NCBI GenBank assembly: GCA_947627475.1
Contig: CANQWE010000005.1
Span: forward strand, 1 to 59,621
Length of the DNA: 59,621 nucleotides
Direction: 5' to 3'
From: an uncultured Clostridia bacterium
Lineage (GTDB): Bacteria > Bacillota > Clostridia > Oscillospirales > CAG-272
Of the stretch, positions 28,907-37,879 are shown piece by piece. A program made the translations under genes and the position numbers. The stretch's first letter is position 1, and every line of letters starts with the position of its first letter. Below the pieces are notes generated by a model. That model saw only the letters and a list, made by a program, of their open reading frames with translations. It searched no databases and was not told the DNA's origin.

Positions 28907-31669
28907 ATGGGTCTCATGACAAAAATATTCGGTACGTACAGTGACCATCAAATAAAAAAAATCATCCCCATCGTGGATAAAATAGAAGCTCTGGCGCCAA
29001 AATATAAAGAAATGTCCGATGAAGAAATGCGCGCTACCACCGATACACTGCGTGGGCAGCTCCAAAACGGCAGTACGCTGGACGATATTCTTCCCGAAGC
29101 CTTTGCCTTAGTGCGGGAAGCTGCCGACCGGGTGCTGGGTAAGCGTCCCTTCCGTGTCCAGCTCATGTGCGGCATTCTGCTCCACCAGGGCAGAGTCGCG
29201 GAAATGAAAACCGGTGAGGGGAAAACCCTTGTGGCTGTGCTTCCCTCTTATTTGAATGCCCTGGCCGGAAAAGGGGTGCATGTTGTCACCGTCAACGAGT
29301 ACCTGGCCAAAATGGGCCAGGAGGAGATGGGGCGGATCCATGAATTTTTGGGACTGACCACCGGTCTGATCATCCACGATCAGACAAAGGAAGAAAAACA
29401 GGCGGCCTACAACTGCGATATCACCTACGGCACCAACAACGAATTTGGATTTGACTATCTGCGGGACAACATGGCGACCTATAAGGAAGGCCAAACCCAG
29501 CGGGGGCATTTCTTTGCCATCGTGGACGAGGTGGACTCCATCCTAATCGACGAAGCCCGCACCCCTCTGATCATATCCGGTCACGGTACCAAAACAGACG
29601 ATCTGTATAAACGTGCAGAGGCCCTGGCTCGTACTATGTCCAAATTTGTAATCAAGGAATTGGACGCCAAGGTGGAAAACGATCAGGTGGAACAGGATTA
29701 TATCGTAGACGAAAAAGCCCGTTCCTGTACGCTTACCGCCAACGGTATCAAAAAGTCGGAAGCATTTTTCGGTATCGAAAATCTCTCCGATCCGGAGAAT
29801 GCAGATATCTCCCACCACATTTATCAGGCCATTCGTGCCCATGGTATTATGAAGCGGGATACGGACTACGTAGTAAATAATAACGAGGTCATGATCGTAG
29901 ATAGCTTTACCGGACGTATCATGCCGGGACGTCGGTATTCCGACGGACTGCATCAAGCCATTGAGGCAAAGGAAGGAGTGGAAATCCAGCGGGAAAACCG
30001 GACCATTGCTACCATCACCTTTCAGAACTATTTCAGAATGTATGATAAGCTGTCCGGTATGACCGGTACGGCCTTGTCTGAAGAAAACGAGTTTAGGGAA
30101 ATCTACAATCTGGACGTGGTAGAAGTCCCCACCAACAAGCCGATGATCCGTGTCGACCACAGCGATGTGGTGTATACCACTGTAGCCGGCAAGGACCGGG
30201 CCGTGATCCGGCAGATTGTAGCATGTCATGAGAAAGGCCAGCCGGTTCTGGTGGGTACCGTTTCCGTAGAGAAATCGGAGATGCTCTCTAAAAAGCTGAA
30301 GTCTGCCGGAATCCCTCATAACGTACTGAACGCAAAATATCATGAAAAAGAAGCGGAAATTGTAGCCCAGGCAGGGAAGCTGGGGGCTGTCACCATTTCC
30401 ACCAACATGGCAGGCCGTGGTACAGATATTATGCTGGGAGGCAACGCAGAATTTCTTGCCAAGCAGCAGATGCGCAAGGAAGGCTATGAAGAAGAGATTA
30501 TCATGCTGGCTACCGGTTCTTCCCAGTCAGTCTCCGATGAGGTGATGGAGGCAAGACAGCATTACCGTTCTCTGTATGATAAATATAAGGAAGAAATTCG
30601 TCCGGAGGCTGAAAGAGTAATCGAAGCCGGCGGTCTGTTCGTCATCGGTACAGAACGGCATGACGCACGCCGGATCGATAACCAGCTCCGCGGTCGGAGC
30701 GGACGACAGGGCGACCCAGGCGAATCCCGATTCTATCTGTCCCTGGAAGACGATCTAATGCGTCTGTTCGGCAGCGATCGTATTCTGGGAATGGTTTCCC
30801 GTCTGGGTATCACCGAAGACGATCCCATCGACGCCCGGATCCTTTCCAACTCCATTGAAAGTGCCCAAAAGCGGCTGGAAGATCAGAACTTTGAACGCAG
30901 AAAGAATGTGCTGGCCTACGACGACGTAATGAATCAGCAGCGTAAAGTCATCTATCAGCAGCGGCAGGAGGTACTGGAGGGCGGCTCTCTGCGGGATAAA
31001 ATGCTGGCAATGATTCAGTCTACCATCTCTGATTCCATCTCTCAGTTTCTGCACGAGGAGGACATCGCCCTTTGGGATATATCTGCGCTCAAGAATAAAT
31101 ATATGGGACTGCTTTGCCAGGAAAGCGACTTCCAAGATCTATCCGGAAACGCGGGGCAGGTGCGGGATGAAATTCGTTCCACGCTGCTGGACAGAGCGAT
31201 GAAGCTCTATGAGGAAAAGGAGCAGAAGCTTTTCGGGGAAGAAACCTTCCGGGAGGTGGAACGGGTCGTGCTGCTGCGCAACGTAGACTCCAAATGGATG
31301 GATCATCTGGAAGCCATGGATTCGTTGATGGACTCCATTGGGCTGCAGGCCTATGCCCAGCGTAACCCCATCAGCGAATACCGGATCGCCGGCGCAGATC
31401 TGTTTGATGAAATGATCACTATGATCCGGGATGACACCGTTCGTATGCTTTTGTCCGTCATGCCCCGTCCTCAGACTATGAAACGGGAACAGATCATCCA
31501 GCCTGTTTCCGCCGGATTTGCCGGCGCCGGAGACGGAACATTGAAGAAAAAGCCTGTGGTAAAAAAAGCTGCCGAAAAAATCGGGCGCAACGATCCTTGT
31601 CCATGCGGCAGCGGCAAAAAATATAAAAAATGCTGCGGAGCAGGTACAACAAAAAATGAAGACGCATAA
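28907..31669 (+). CDS. secA: Preprotein translocase ATPase SecA
   Basis: 920 aa. MKTGEGKTLVA Walker A, DEVDSILIDEARTPLIISG, and a C-terminal zinc motif CPCGSGKKYKKCCG. Confidence 0.97.
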   Translation: MGLMTKIFGTYSDHQIKKIIPIVDKIEALAPKYKEMSDEEMRATTDTLRGQLQNGSTLDDILPEAFALVREAADRVLGKRPFRVQLMCGILLHQGRVAEMKTGEGKTLVAVLPSYLNALAGKGVHVVTVNEYLAKMGQEEMGRIHEFLGLTTGLIIHDQTKEEKQAAYNCDITYGTNNEFGFDYLRDNMATYKEGQTQRGHFFAIVDEVDSILIDEARTPLIISGHGTKTDDLYKRAEALARTMSKFVIKELDAKVENDQVEQDYIVDEKARSCTLTANGIKKSEAFFGIENLSDPENADISHHIYQAIRAHGIMKRDTDYVVNNNEVMIVDSFTGRIMPGRRYSDGLHQAIEAKEGVEIQRENRTIATITFQNYFRMYDKLSGMTGTALSEENEFREIYNLDVVEVPTNKPMIRVDHSDVVYTTVAGKDRAVIRQIVACHEKGQPVLVGTVSVEKSEMLSKKLKSAGIPHNVLNAKYHEKEAEIVAQAGKLGAVTISTNMAGRGTDIMLGGNAEFLAKQQMRKEGYEEEIIMLATGSSQSVSDEVMEARQHYRSLYDKYKEEIRPEAERVIEAGGLFVIGTERHDARRIDNQLRGRSGRQGDPGESRFYLSLEDDLMRLFGSDRILGMVSRLGITEDDPIDARILSNSIESAQKRLEDQNFERRKNVLAYDDVMNQQRKVIYQQRQEVLEGGSLRDKMLAMIQSTISDSISQFLHEEDIALWDISALKNKYMGLLCQESDFQDLSGNAGQVRDEIRSTLLDRAMKLYEEKEQKLFGEETFREVERVVLLRNVDSKWMDHLEAMDSLMDSIGLQAYAQRNPISEYRIAGADLFDEMITMIRDDTVRMLLSVMPRPQTMKREQIIQPVSAGFAGAGDGTLKKKPVVKKAAEKIGRNDPCPCGSGKKYKKCCGAGTTKNEDA

Positions 31670-33059
31670 ACAAAAAAAAGATCCCCTGGGGCTATCCTGG
31701 ATCGGTGCCGGCATGATCTTCTTATTCAATCCGATGATTAATATCCTGGATATCCTGCCGGATTTTATCGGACTGCTTATGATCATGCACGGCCTGTCGA
31801 AAGCGGCCCAGGTCACCGACCATCTGGGGGATGCACGAGACTATTTTGCAAAGCTGGCGCTTGTAAGTGCTGTGCAGTTTGGCCTCGTTTTCACCCTGCC
31901 CTTCAATACAGACTCCTATACCATGCTAATGGCCTTTTCCTGCGCAGTAGTAAGTGCGATTTTCTTTGTGCCAGCCATGTCGAATCTATTTGCCGGTTTT
32001 TCCTACATCGCGCTGCGCGCCGGGGCGAAATCTCCCAGTGTAGTTCCTTCCAGAGGAGCGTTGCGGGGAAAAAGTACAAGATTTTCCAGCGTGACGGCAC
32101 TGCAGCTGCTCACTTATGTTGCTTTTATCATCCGTGCTGCAGGCTCTGTTCTTCCGCTGGTCCCCAGTATTTTTGTAAGCGATTATGTAGGTGTGCCGGG
32201 AGTAAACTGGGCACAGTATATCGGCGTTTTATATGCTGCATCCTGGGTTGTGGGCTTCGCAGTGAGCATCCCCTGGCTGCTCCGTTTTCGCCGATATATA
32301 AAAGGAATGTGTGTGGACACCGTATTGACCGACTTTCTTTGGCAGAAATATGCGCAGGAGATCCTGCCGAATAAAGGATACCTTGCTGCAAGAAAAATGC
32401 GTCCTGTTTTGATTCTGGCGATTATTGCGTGTGGTCTGTGCTTTTCCATGTACATCGACTTTGTAAATATTCTGCCAAATCTTTTTGCGGCAGCCTTTCT
32501 GATCGCCGTTTTTGTAAATTTTAAAAAAGATTACAAAAAACAGGCAATATGGGGTATTTCTCTCTGCGTACTTCTTGGCGTATGCTCCATTTTTACAGAA
32601 ATTTGGCTGTTTGACTATACCGGCGGAGTAAACAACTATACCCCTGCATCCTTTGCGCTGGGAGTCAAGCGGGCCTTAAGTATGTATCCGAAAATCATAA
32701 TTTCTTCTTGGGTGGAAGCCCTTTTGGGTATCGCCGCGTTTGCCCTGTGTCTGTATATCCTGCGGCAGGTGATTCTATCTCACATCCATGCATTCGCAGG
32801 ACGATTTTATAGAACACAGGAGCAGGCCGTGTCGGAAATCAGCCGTTTGGAGTCCGGTATACAAAAACGGATGCTGTTCGCCGCTATTGCCGGTGTCATA
32901 GCGCTGCTCCTTGGCGGGGCTTACTCCACCATCGCTCCCTGGGCGCCGGAAATTTGGATTTTAAACGGAGCAGCGGTGGGTGTATTCACGTATGGAATGT
33001 ACAGAATTTACGCCTATATAAATGAAAATCTGTATTTACGTATTCTGCGCAATTATTAA
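31656..33059 (+). CDS. Uncharacterised polytopic membrane protein overlapping the secA stop
   Basis: 467 aa, with roughly 10-12 hydrophobic segments by eye. I recognised no family motif. The ATG lies inside the last codons of secA (14 nt overlap). The RBS is weak, so the start is uncertain. Confidence 0.55.
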   Translation: MKTHKQKKDPLGLSWIGAGMIFLFNPMINILDILPDFIGLLMIMHGLSKAAQVTDHLGDARDYFAKLALVSAVQFGLVFTLPFNTDSYTMLMAFSCAVVSAIFFVPAMSNLFAGFSYIALRAGAKSPSVVPSRGALRGKSTRFSSVTALQLLTYVAFIIRAAGSVLPLVPSIFVSDYVGVPGVNWAQYIGVLYAASWVVGFAVSIPWLLRFRRYIKGMCVDTVLTDFLWQKYAQEILPNKGYLAARKMRPVLILAIIACGLCFSMYIDFVNILPNLFAAAFLIAVFVNFKKDYKKQAIWGISLCVLLGVCSIFTEIWLFDYTGGVNNYTPASFALGVKRALSMYPKIIISSWVEALLGIAAFALCLYILRQVILSHIHAFAGRFYRTQEQAVSEISRLESGIQKRMLFAAIAGVIALLLGGAYSTIAPWAPEIWILNGAAVGVFTYGMYRIYAYINENLYLRILRNY

Positions 33060-33088
33060 GGAAAGAGTTGTCGCAAAAACTACAGAAC

Positions 33089-33120
33089 AAAAAAGCTATC
33101 GGTAAACCGATAGCTTTTTT
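33089..33120. terminator. Bidirectional Rho-independent terminator
   Basis: AAAAAAGCTATCGGtaaaCCGATAGCTTTTTT, between convergent genes. Confidence 0.9.
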
Positions 33121-33127
33121 GACTGTC

Positions 33128-33946
33128 TCAAAACTGTGGCACAACAGCGCCCACATAGTTTTCTTCGATAAATGTCCGCACTTCCTCGCTGCAAGCAGCC
33201 TTTACCAGAGCCTGGATCTTTTCCTCATCTTCGCGGCCTTCCTTTACAACCACTGCGTTGGTGTAGGTTTTTGCCATGTCTGAATCTGCTGTCTCAGCGG
33301 CCAGTGCATCTGTAATTTTCAGTCCGCCGCCGATAGCATAGTTACCGTTGATCACCGCAATATCCACATCTTCCAGAGACCGCACCAGCTGTGCCGCCTC
33401 GATTTCCCGAATTTTCAATCCCTTTTTGTTTTCTGCAATATCCAGCACCGTTGCATCCAATCCCGCATCTTCCCGCAATTTGATCAGTCCCTGGACCTCC
33501 AGCAAAAACAATGCCCGCGCTTCGTTGGTAGTATCGTTGGGTACAGATACTACCGCACCGTCCGGCAGCGCATCCAGGGAATCGCACTTACCTGCATAAA
33601 TTCCCAGCGGCTCGTAGTGTACGTTTGCTACAGACACCAGATGCGTTTGATTTTCTGTATTAAAATCATCCAGATATTTCAAATGCTGAAAATAGTTTGC
33701 ATCCAATTCTCCACTTTCCACTGCTGTATTGGGTAGTACATAGTCGTTAAACTCCCGAATTTCCAGTGTGTAGCCTTCTTTGTCCAAAACCTCCTTTACC
33801 ACCTGCAAAATCTCTGCATGGGGTGTGGGGGAGGCCCCTATGGTAATGGTTTTATTGTCTTTTTCTGACTGGCCACAGGCAGCAAAGCCTGCAATGCTGA
33901 CGATCACAAGGGACAGCGCAGCAAAGAGAGAAAAAAATTTTTTCAT
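33128..33946 (-). CDS. metQ: Methionine ABC transporter substrate-binding lipoprotein (MetQ/NlpA family)
   Basis: 272 aa. Lipobox IAGFAAC and NlpA-family body (ITIGASPTPHAEIL). Confidence 0.9.
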   Translation of the reverse strand: MKKFFSLFAALSLVIVSIAGFAACGQSEKDNKTITIGASPTPHAEILQVVKEVLDKEGYTLEIREFNDYVLPNTAVESGELDANYFQHLKYLDDFNTENQTHLVSVANVHYEPLGIYAGKCDSLDALPDGAVVSVPNDTTNEARALFLLEVQGLIKLREDAGLDATVLDIAENKKGLKIREIEAAQLVRSLEDVDIAVINGNYAIGGGLKITDALAAETADSDMAKTYTNAVVVKEGREDEEKIQALVKAACSEEVRTFIEENYVGAVVPQF

Positions 33947-34087
33947 AATAATACTCTTTCCTTTCTAATATACATTTCCGTCGTAGGCGGTTAAAAGCAC
34001 AAGTAGCGTTTGTAAAACGTATTTTTGTTTCCTTGTCCTTTCGAAAAAATCAGCTTTAGAAATATTTCCCCCCAGCAAGCCGGGAAG

Positions 34088-34507
34088 TCAACAATTTCTA
34101 CGAATTTGCATCAGGCATAAGAGGTCGTTATATAAACAGTCTTTTTCCTTTAAATCAATCATCAACCACTTTTGTCCGTTTCCTTCCTGTGTCTGATTAT
34201 ATAAATCTTGCAATGCAACGGTACATTCTGTAAGCATTTCTTCAACAAACGGTTTTTCTTTTTTACCAACCACAATTAAAACTGTAAAATAGGATTCTTT
34301 TGGATATATGGTGCATAATGATTTCCCTGCTTTTTTGAATTTAATGTTCCATCCTTTTGCCAAACTACATGAACTGTATTCTATTTTTTCATTACATTTA
34401 TATGTGTCCTTAACTTTCGAATAAAATTGCATAAAGACAGGATTTCCAACATATTCGCTGATTTCCTCAATACACGGACAGATATTCCGATCTTGTAAGT
34501 CAATCAT
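34088..34507 (-). CDS. DUF3788-like small cytoplasmic protein
   Basis: 139 aa. KGWNIKFKKAGKSLCTIYPKESYFTVLIVVG resembles DUF3788 as I recall it. The gene is visibly AT-rich compared with the flanking met genes. Confidence 0.55.
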   Translation of the reverse strand: MIDLQDRNICPCIEEISEYVGNPVFMQFYSKVKDTYKCNEKIEYSSCSLAKGWNIKFKKAGKSLCTIYPKESYFTVLIVVGKKEKPFVEEMLTECTVALQDLYNQTQEGNGQKWLMIDLKEKDCLYNDLLCLMQIRRNC

Positions 34508-34543
34508 ATCGATATACTCCTTTCAATTGCGAAAATGCAAAAA

Positions 34544-35209
34544 TTATTTTTTTATGCGTTTGTCTGTTTTAAAAGCGATGCGCATGCCTACTTCCTGAAA
34601 AATCTGTACGATCACCACAAGAATCAAAACTGTAATCAGCATAACCTGATCATCGTAACGGTAGTACCCATAGTTGATAGCTATAGCGCCCAGTCCCCCG
34701 CCCCCGGTAAAGCCAGCCATGGCGGAATACCCCAAAATAGTTGTAATGGTAATAGCGCTGCCCACAATCAAGGAAGGCTTTGCCTCGGGAAGAAGCACTT
34801 TCCAGACAATCTGCATCGGGGACGAGCCCATAGATTCTGCCGCTTCCACTACACCGACGTCCACTTCCTTCAGAGAAGACTCCACCATCCGCGCCACAAA
34901 AGGGGCGGCAGCTACCACCAGAGGTACTATGGTGGCAGTGGATCCGATGGTCGTGCCCACTACCGCTCTTGTAAAGGGAAGAATCGCAACCAGGAGCACA
35001 ATAAACGGGACGGAACGCAAAAAATTTACAACGGCACCCAAAATTTTGTTTACAAGCTTATTTCTACAAATGCCGTTTTCGCTGGTTACATGCAAAACAA
35101 TCCCCACTGGAATTCCGATGGCATACGCTGCTGCCGTGGAAACCACAACCATGTACAGCGTCTCAAAAAGCCCTGTCAGCAGGGTTTGTATCATTCCACT
35201 GCTTAGCAT
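34544..35209 (-). CDS. metI: Methionine ABC transporter permease
   Basis: 221 aa. MetI-type EAA loop (EAAESMGSSPMQIVWKVLLPEAKPSL). GAGGAGGAA RBS lies inside the end of metN. Confidence 0.9.
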   Translation of the reverse strand: MLSSGMIQTLLTGLFETLYMVVVSTAAAYAIGIPVGIVLHVTSENGICRNKLVNKILGAVVNFLRSVPFIVLLVAILPFTRAVVGTTIGSTATIVPLVVAAAPFVARMVESSLKEVDVGVVEAAESMGSSPMQIVWKVLLPEAKPSLIVGSAITITTILGYSAMAGFTGGGGLGAIAINYGYYRYDDQVMLITVLILVVIVQIFQEVGMRIAFKTDKRIKK

Positions 35210-36206
35210 CGCCCGTTTCCTCCTCGCTATATTGTATTTTCTGGTCTGTCAAAAATGCCTGGACCCTGGCGCTGGCGGCGCTATCATTTGGCAACTGTAG
35301 AATCATTTGGCCAAAAACTTTTCCTCCGATATTTTGCGTGCTTGCCTGCAGAATATTTACTGGAGTCCTGCATTCCAGAATCAAATTGGACAGCATCGGA
35401 GAAAAGACGGATTGTCCGTCAAATACAAGGCGCAGCAGCGGGCCACTATCTATTTTTTGTACGGCCGCGTTATTTTTTGGAAGAATCAAGTCCCGGGCAA
35501 CTGCCGATTTAGGGGTAAGAAATACCTCCCGAACAAGGCCGCTTTCTACAATTCGTCCAGCCTCCATAACGGCTACCTTATTGCAGATTTGCTCCACCAC
35601 CTTCATTTCATGGGTAATCACCACAATGGTGACTCCAAGCTTTTGATTGATATCTCGTAGCAGGGACAAAATAGAGCGGGTGGTATTGGGATCCAGCGCA
35701 CTGGTGGCCTCGTCGCAAAGGAGCACCCCAGGATCCGTTGCCAAGGCTCGGGCGATCGCAACCCTCTGCTTCTGACCACCGGACAGCTGAGAAGGATACG
35801 CGCCTTCCCGGCCTGTTAGTCCCACCAATTCTAAAAGTTTGCGTGCTTTCTCGACGGCCTGCTGTCGGGGCACCTTACTGATTTCCAATGGATAACAGAC
35901 ATTTCGCAGCGCCGTCCGCTGGGACAACAAATTAAAGGACTGAAAAATCATCGACATGGATTTTCGGGTTCGCGCAAGGGCTCCTCTATCCAAGCCGGCC
36001 AGATCCACTCCCTGAAAGAGTACCTGTCCGGCAGTGGGTCGTTCCAAAAAGTTGATACACCGTACCAAGGTAGACTTGCCTGCCCCGGATAGGCCGATAA
36101 TCCCGTATATGTCTCCCCTTTCAATGGTCAAAGACACATCCCGTACTGCCTCTACCGGGCTGTCTGCCGTTTGAAATGTTTTGCTGACATTTTTCAGTTC
36201 GATCAC
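35163..36206 (-). CDS. metN: Methionine ABC transporter ATP-binding protein
   Basis: (V)IELKNVSKTF..., Walker A GLSGAGKST, LSGGQKQRVAIARAL, and a C-terminal NIL-like domain. GTG 36206 (or TTG 36209) follows GGGAGGG. The track ATG 36275 lies inside the repeat element. Confidence 0.9.
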   Translation of the reverse strand: MIELKNVSKTFQTADSPVEAVRDVSLTIERGDIYGIIGLSGAGKSTLVRCINFLERPTAGQVLFQGVDLAGLDRGALARTRKSMSMIFQSFNLLSQRTALRNVCYPLEISKVPRQQAVEKARKLLELVGLTGREGAYPSQLSGGQKQRVAIARALATDPGVLLCDEATSALDPNTTRSILSLLRDINQKLGVTIVVITHEMKVVEQICNKVAVMEAGRIVESGLVREVFLTPKSAVARDLILPKNNAAVQKIDSGPLLRLVFDGQSVFSPMLSNLILECRTPVNILQASTQNIGGKVFGQMILQLPNDSAASARVQAFLTDQKIQYSEEETGDAKQWNDTNPADRAF

Positions 36207-36269
36207 CAAACATCCCTCCCAATTAAAAAATATAAGACTCTGTTGCCACCAAAGGATGAGGGGCGAAGG

Positions 36270-36492
36270 CTGCACATCTCTCCCCCCGACAGGCTGCGCT
36301 GTCCCCCCCTCATCAGAGGAAGGGGGCTTTACGTTGTAAAAGTCTCCTCAAAGGGGCAATAAATCTATTGCCTCCCCTTTCTTTCCTAAGGGGAGGTGCC
36401 ACGCAGTAGCCGGGCGGAGGGGTAGTATGCGCGAAAGCAGCAAAACCAATCCCCCAGCAGCTGCGCTATCTTCCCCCCTTTACACAAGGGAC
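36270..36492 (-). repeat. Mosaic intergenic repeat, copy e (composite A-B-C-D-A'-B')
   Basis: The minus strand reads CCCTTGTGTAAAGGGGGGaagatAGCGCAGCTGCTGGGGGATTG...CTACCCCTCCGCCcggctactgcgtGGCACCTCCCCttaggaaagaaaGGGGAGGC...CCCCCTTCCTCTGATGAGGGGGGGACAGCGCAGCCTGTCGGGGGG. Confidence 0.8.
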
Positions 36493-36548
36493 TTTACGAA
36501 GTAGAAGTATCGCCAGTCCTTTGCAATAACTGAACCATATATAAATAT

Positions 36549-36586
36549 AAAAGAAAAGCCCGGGCGTTTAAAAAACTCCCGGGCAC
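36549..36586 (-). terminator. Rho-independent terminator after the 36-aa ORF
   Basis: The minus strand reads GCCCGGGagttttttaaacGCCCGGGC followed by TTTTCTTTT. Confidence 0.7.
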
Positions 36587-36622
36587 TTTTGTGCAGCAAT
36601 TTTTCTGTCGACTTCCAATCCA

Positions 36623-36733
36623 TCAAAAATAAAAGTACGCAGAAAACGCCCGCACATTTTTGTGTGTCCGGGAGTTCAGCATTCGACCGTAGCGGAAGTT
36701 TGCACGCAAAAGTTTGCCAAATAAATCCTGCAT
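36623..36733 (-). CDS. Candidate unannotated small protein, 36 aa (MQDLFGKLLRANFRYGRMLNSRTHKNVRAFSAYFYF)
   Basis: Below the ORF-track length cutoff. AGGAAGGAG RBS sits 7 nt before the ATG. It has its own TTGACA-17-TAGACT promoter and a downstream terminator. Confidence 0.45.
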   Translation of the reverse strand: MQDLFGKLLRANFRYGRMLNSRTHKNVRAFSAYFYF

Positions 36734-36771
36734 TTTTGTGCTCCTTCCTATCTTTCTTTTTGATTTACGAT

Positions 36772-36800
36772 AGTCTAACATGAATTATTAAAATTGTCAA
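36772..36800 (-). promoter_or_regulatory. Sigma-A promoter (TTGACA-17-TAGACT) driving the 36-aa ORF transcript
   Basis: The minus strand reads TTGACAattttaataattcatgtTAGACT. Confidence 0.6.
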
Positions 36801-36853
36801 GCTTATTTTAATAATTCCCAAGAAAAAAACATTTTAAAAATACGCGAATAAAA

Positions 36854-37813
36854 TCAAAATATAATAGATTCTCTCGATTTATCGGTGTTTTTGGCGTATT
36901 GTATCTGGGCAGTATATTTATAATCCAGACGAATGGGTCCATAGGAAAGCTTGGATCGGCGTAGCCCCTCCAGACCTAAATCTTCTTCCCGGTTTACATA
37001 AAGTACGTCGCCGTCAATGCTTCTCTGAAAGTCTCGGGAAAGCACCTGAAAGGCGCCTGCTTTTTCTTTGTCAGCCTTCTCCACATGCACATATACGGTG
37101 TCCCCATACACTTCCCCAATGGTAAATCCGCAGATTTCTCCCGCTGCCCGCAGCAGCATACCCTGCATACCGTAAAAGTCCGAAGCCTGCAAAATTCTGC
37201 ATACGGCGGGAAATTCCTGCCCGTCCATTGGCGAAGTTTCAGGATTGCGCAGGGCATACTGCTGAAAATATTCCAAAACCTGCCGGGCATTTTTTTCCTG
37301 AATCGCCTCACATGTATAATCCGGATTTTCCCGGATAAACCGGTTGATCAAATTTTTTTGCCTGTGATGCTTTCGACCAGCCGGATTTTCAAAGTCTTTT
37401 TTATAATAAATATAGTCCGCCCAGTCCCGATCCGCCCGCAAACTACTTTCTATAATATGATCCTGTCCGAAAACTGTTTCCACAAGCCCCGTGCTTTCCT
37501 GAGGAATCACAGACAGCGTTCCCGCTCCACGCTCTCGGATATGTTCCCGCAGCACTGCCAGCGCCTCCTTTTCATGCGGACCAAGCGGGTATAAATAGCT
37601 GCGCGGCGTGCCGTCCTCAAAGGCTGCACGAAAATATAAGTTTTCCCCATGAAATGCGTATTCCATATCATATGCCTGGTGCCACATTTTTATGGTTCCT
37701 GGGGCATAGTCACAAATCCGGTGTATGCCTGTATAGATCCAGCTTCTATATTCCTTGTAATATGCGTCTATTTGTGTAAAATTTGTTTCTGTAATGTTTT
37801 GAAAATGCAACAT
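36854..37813 (-). CDS. DUF2156-like protein (lysyl-phosphatidylglycerol synthase C-terminal-like / GNAT-like fold)
   Basis: 319 aa. DYIYYKKDFENPAGRKHHRQKNLINRF matches the DYIY...G.K...KRN..NRF pattern I recall for DUF2156. Confidence 0.6.
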   Translation of the reverse strand: MLHFQNITETNFTQIDAYYKEYRSWIYTGIHRICDYAPGTIKMWHQAYDMEYAFHGENLYFRAAFEDGTPRSYLYPLGPHEKEALAVLREHIRERGAGTLSVIPQESTGLVETVFGQDHIIESSLRADRDWADYIYYKKDFENPAGRKHHRQKNLINRFIRENPDYTCEAIQEKNARQVLEYFQQYALRNPETSPMDGQEFPAVCRILQASDFYGMQGMLLRAAGEICGFTIGEVYGDTVYVHVEKADKEKAGAFQVLSRDFQRSIDGDVLYVNREEDLGLEGLRRSKLSYGPIRLDYKYTAQIQYAKNTDKSRESIIF

Positions 37814-37879
37814 AAATCGATTACTCCTGCTTGCGACTTTTCTCGCTATTTACTGATTTTTGGGCGCAAAAACAAAGCT

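Noticed and set aside
36207-36800. Expected S-box (SAM-I) riboswitch or Met T-box leader upstream of metN.
   Set aside because: I could not find the conserved S-box core or the T-box GGTGGTACCGCG sequence on the minus strand. This is by eye only, so a covariance-model scan is still needed.
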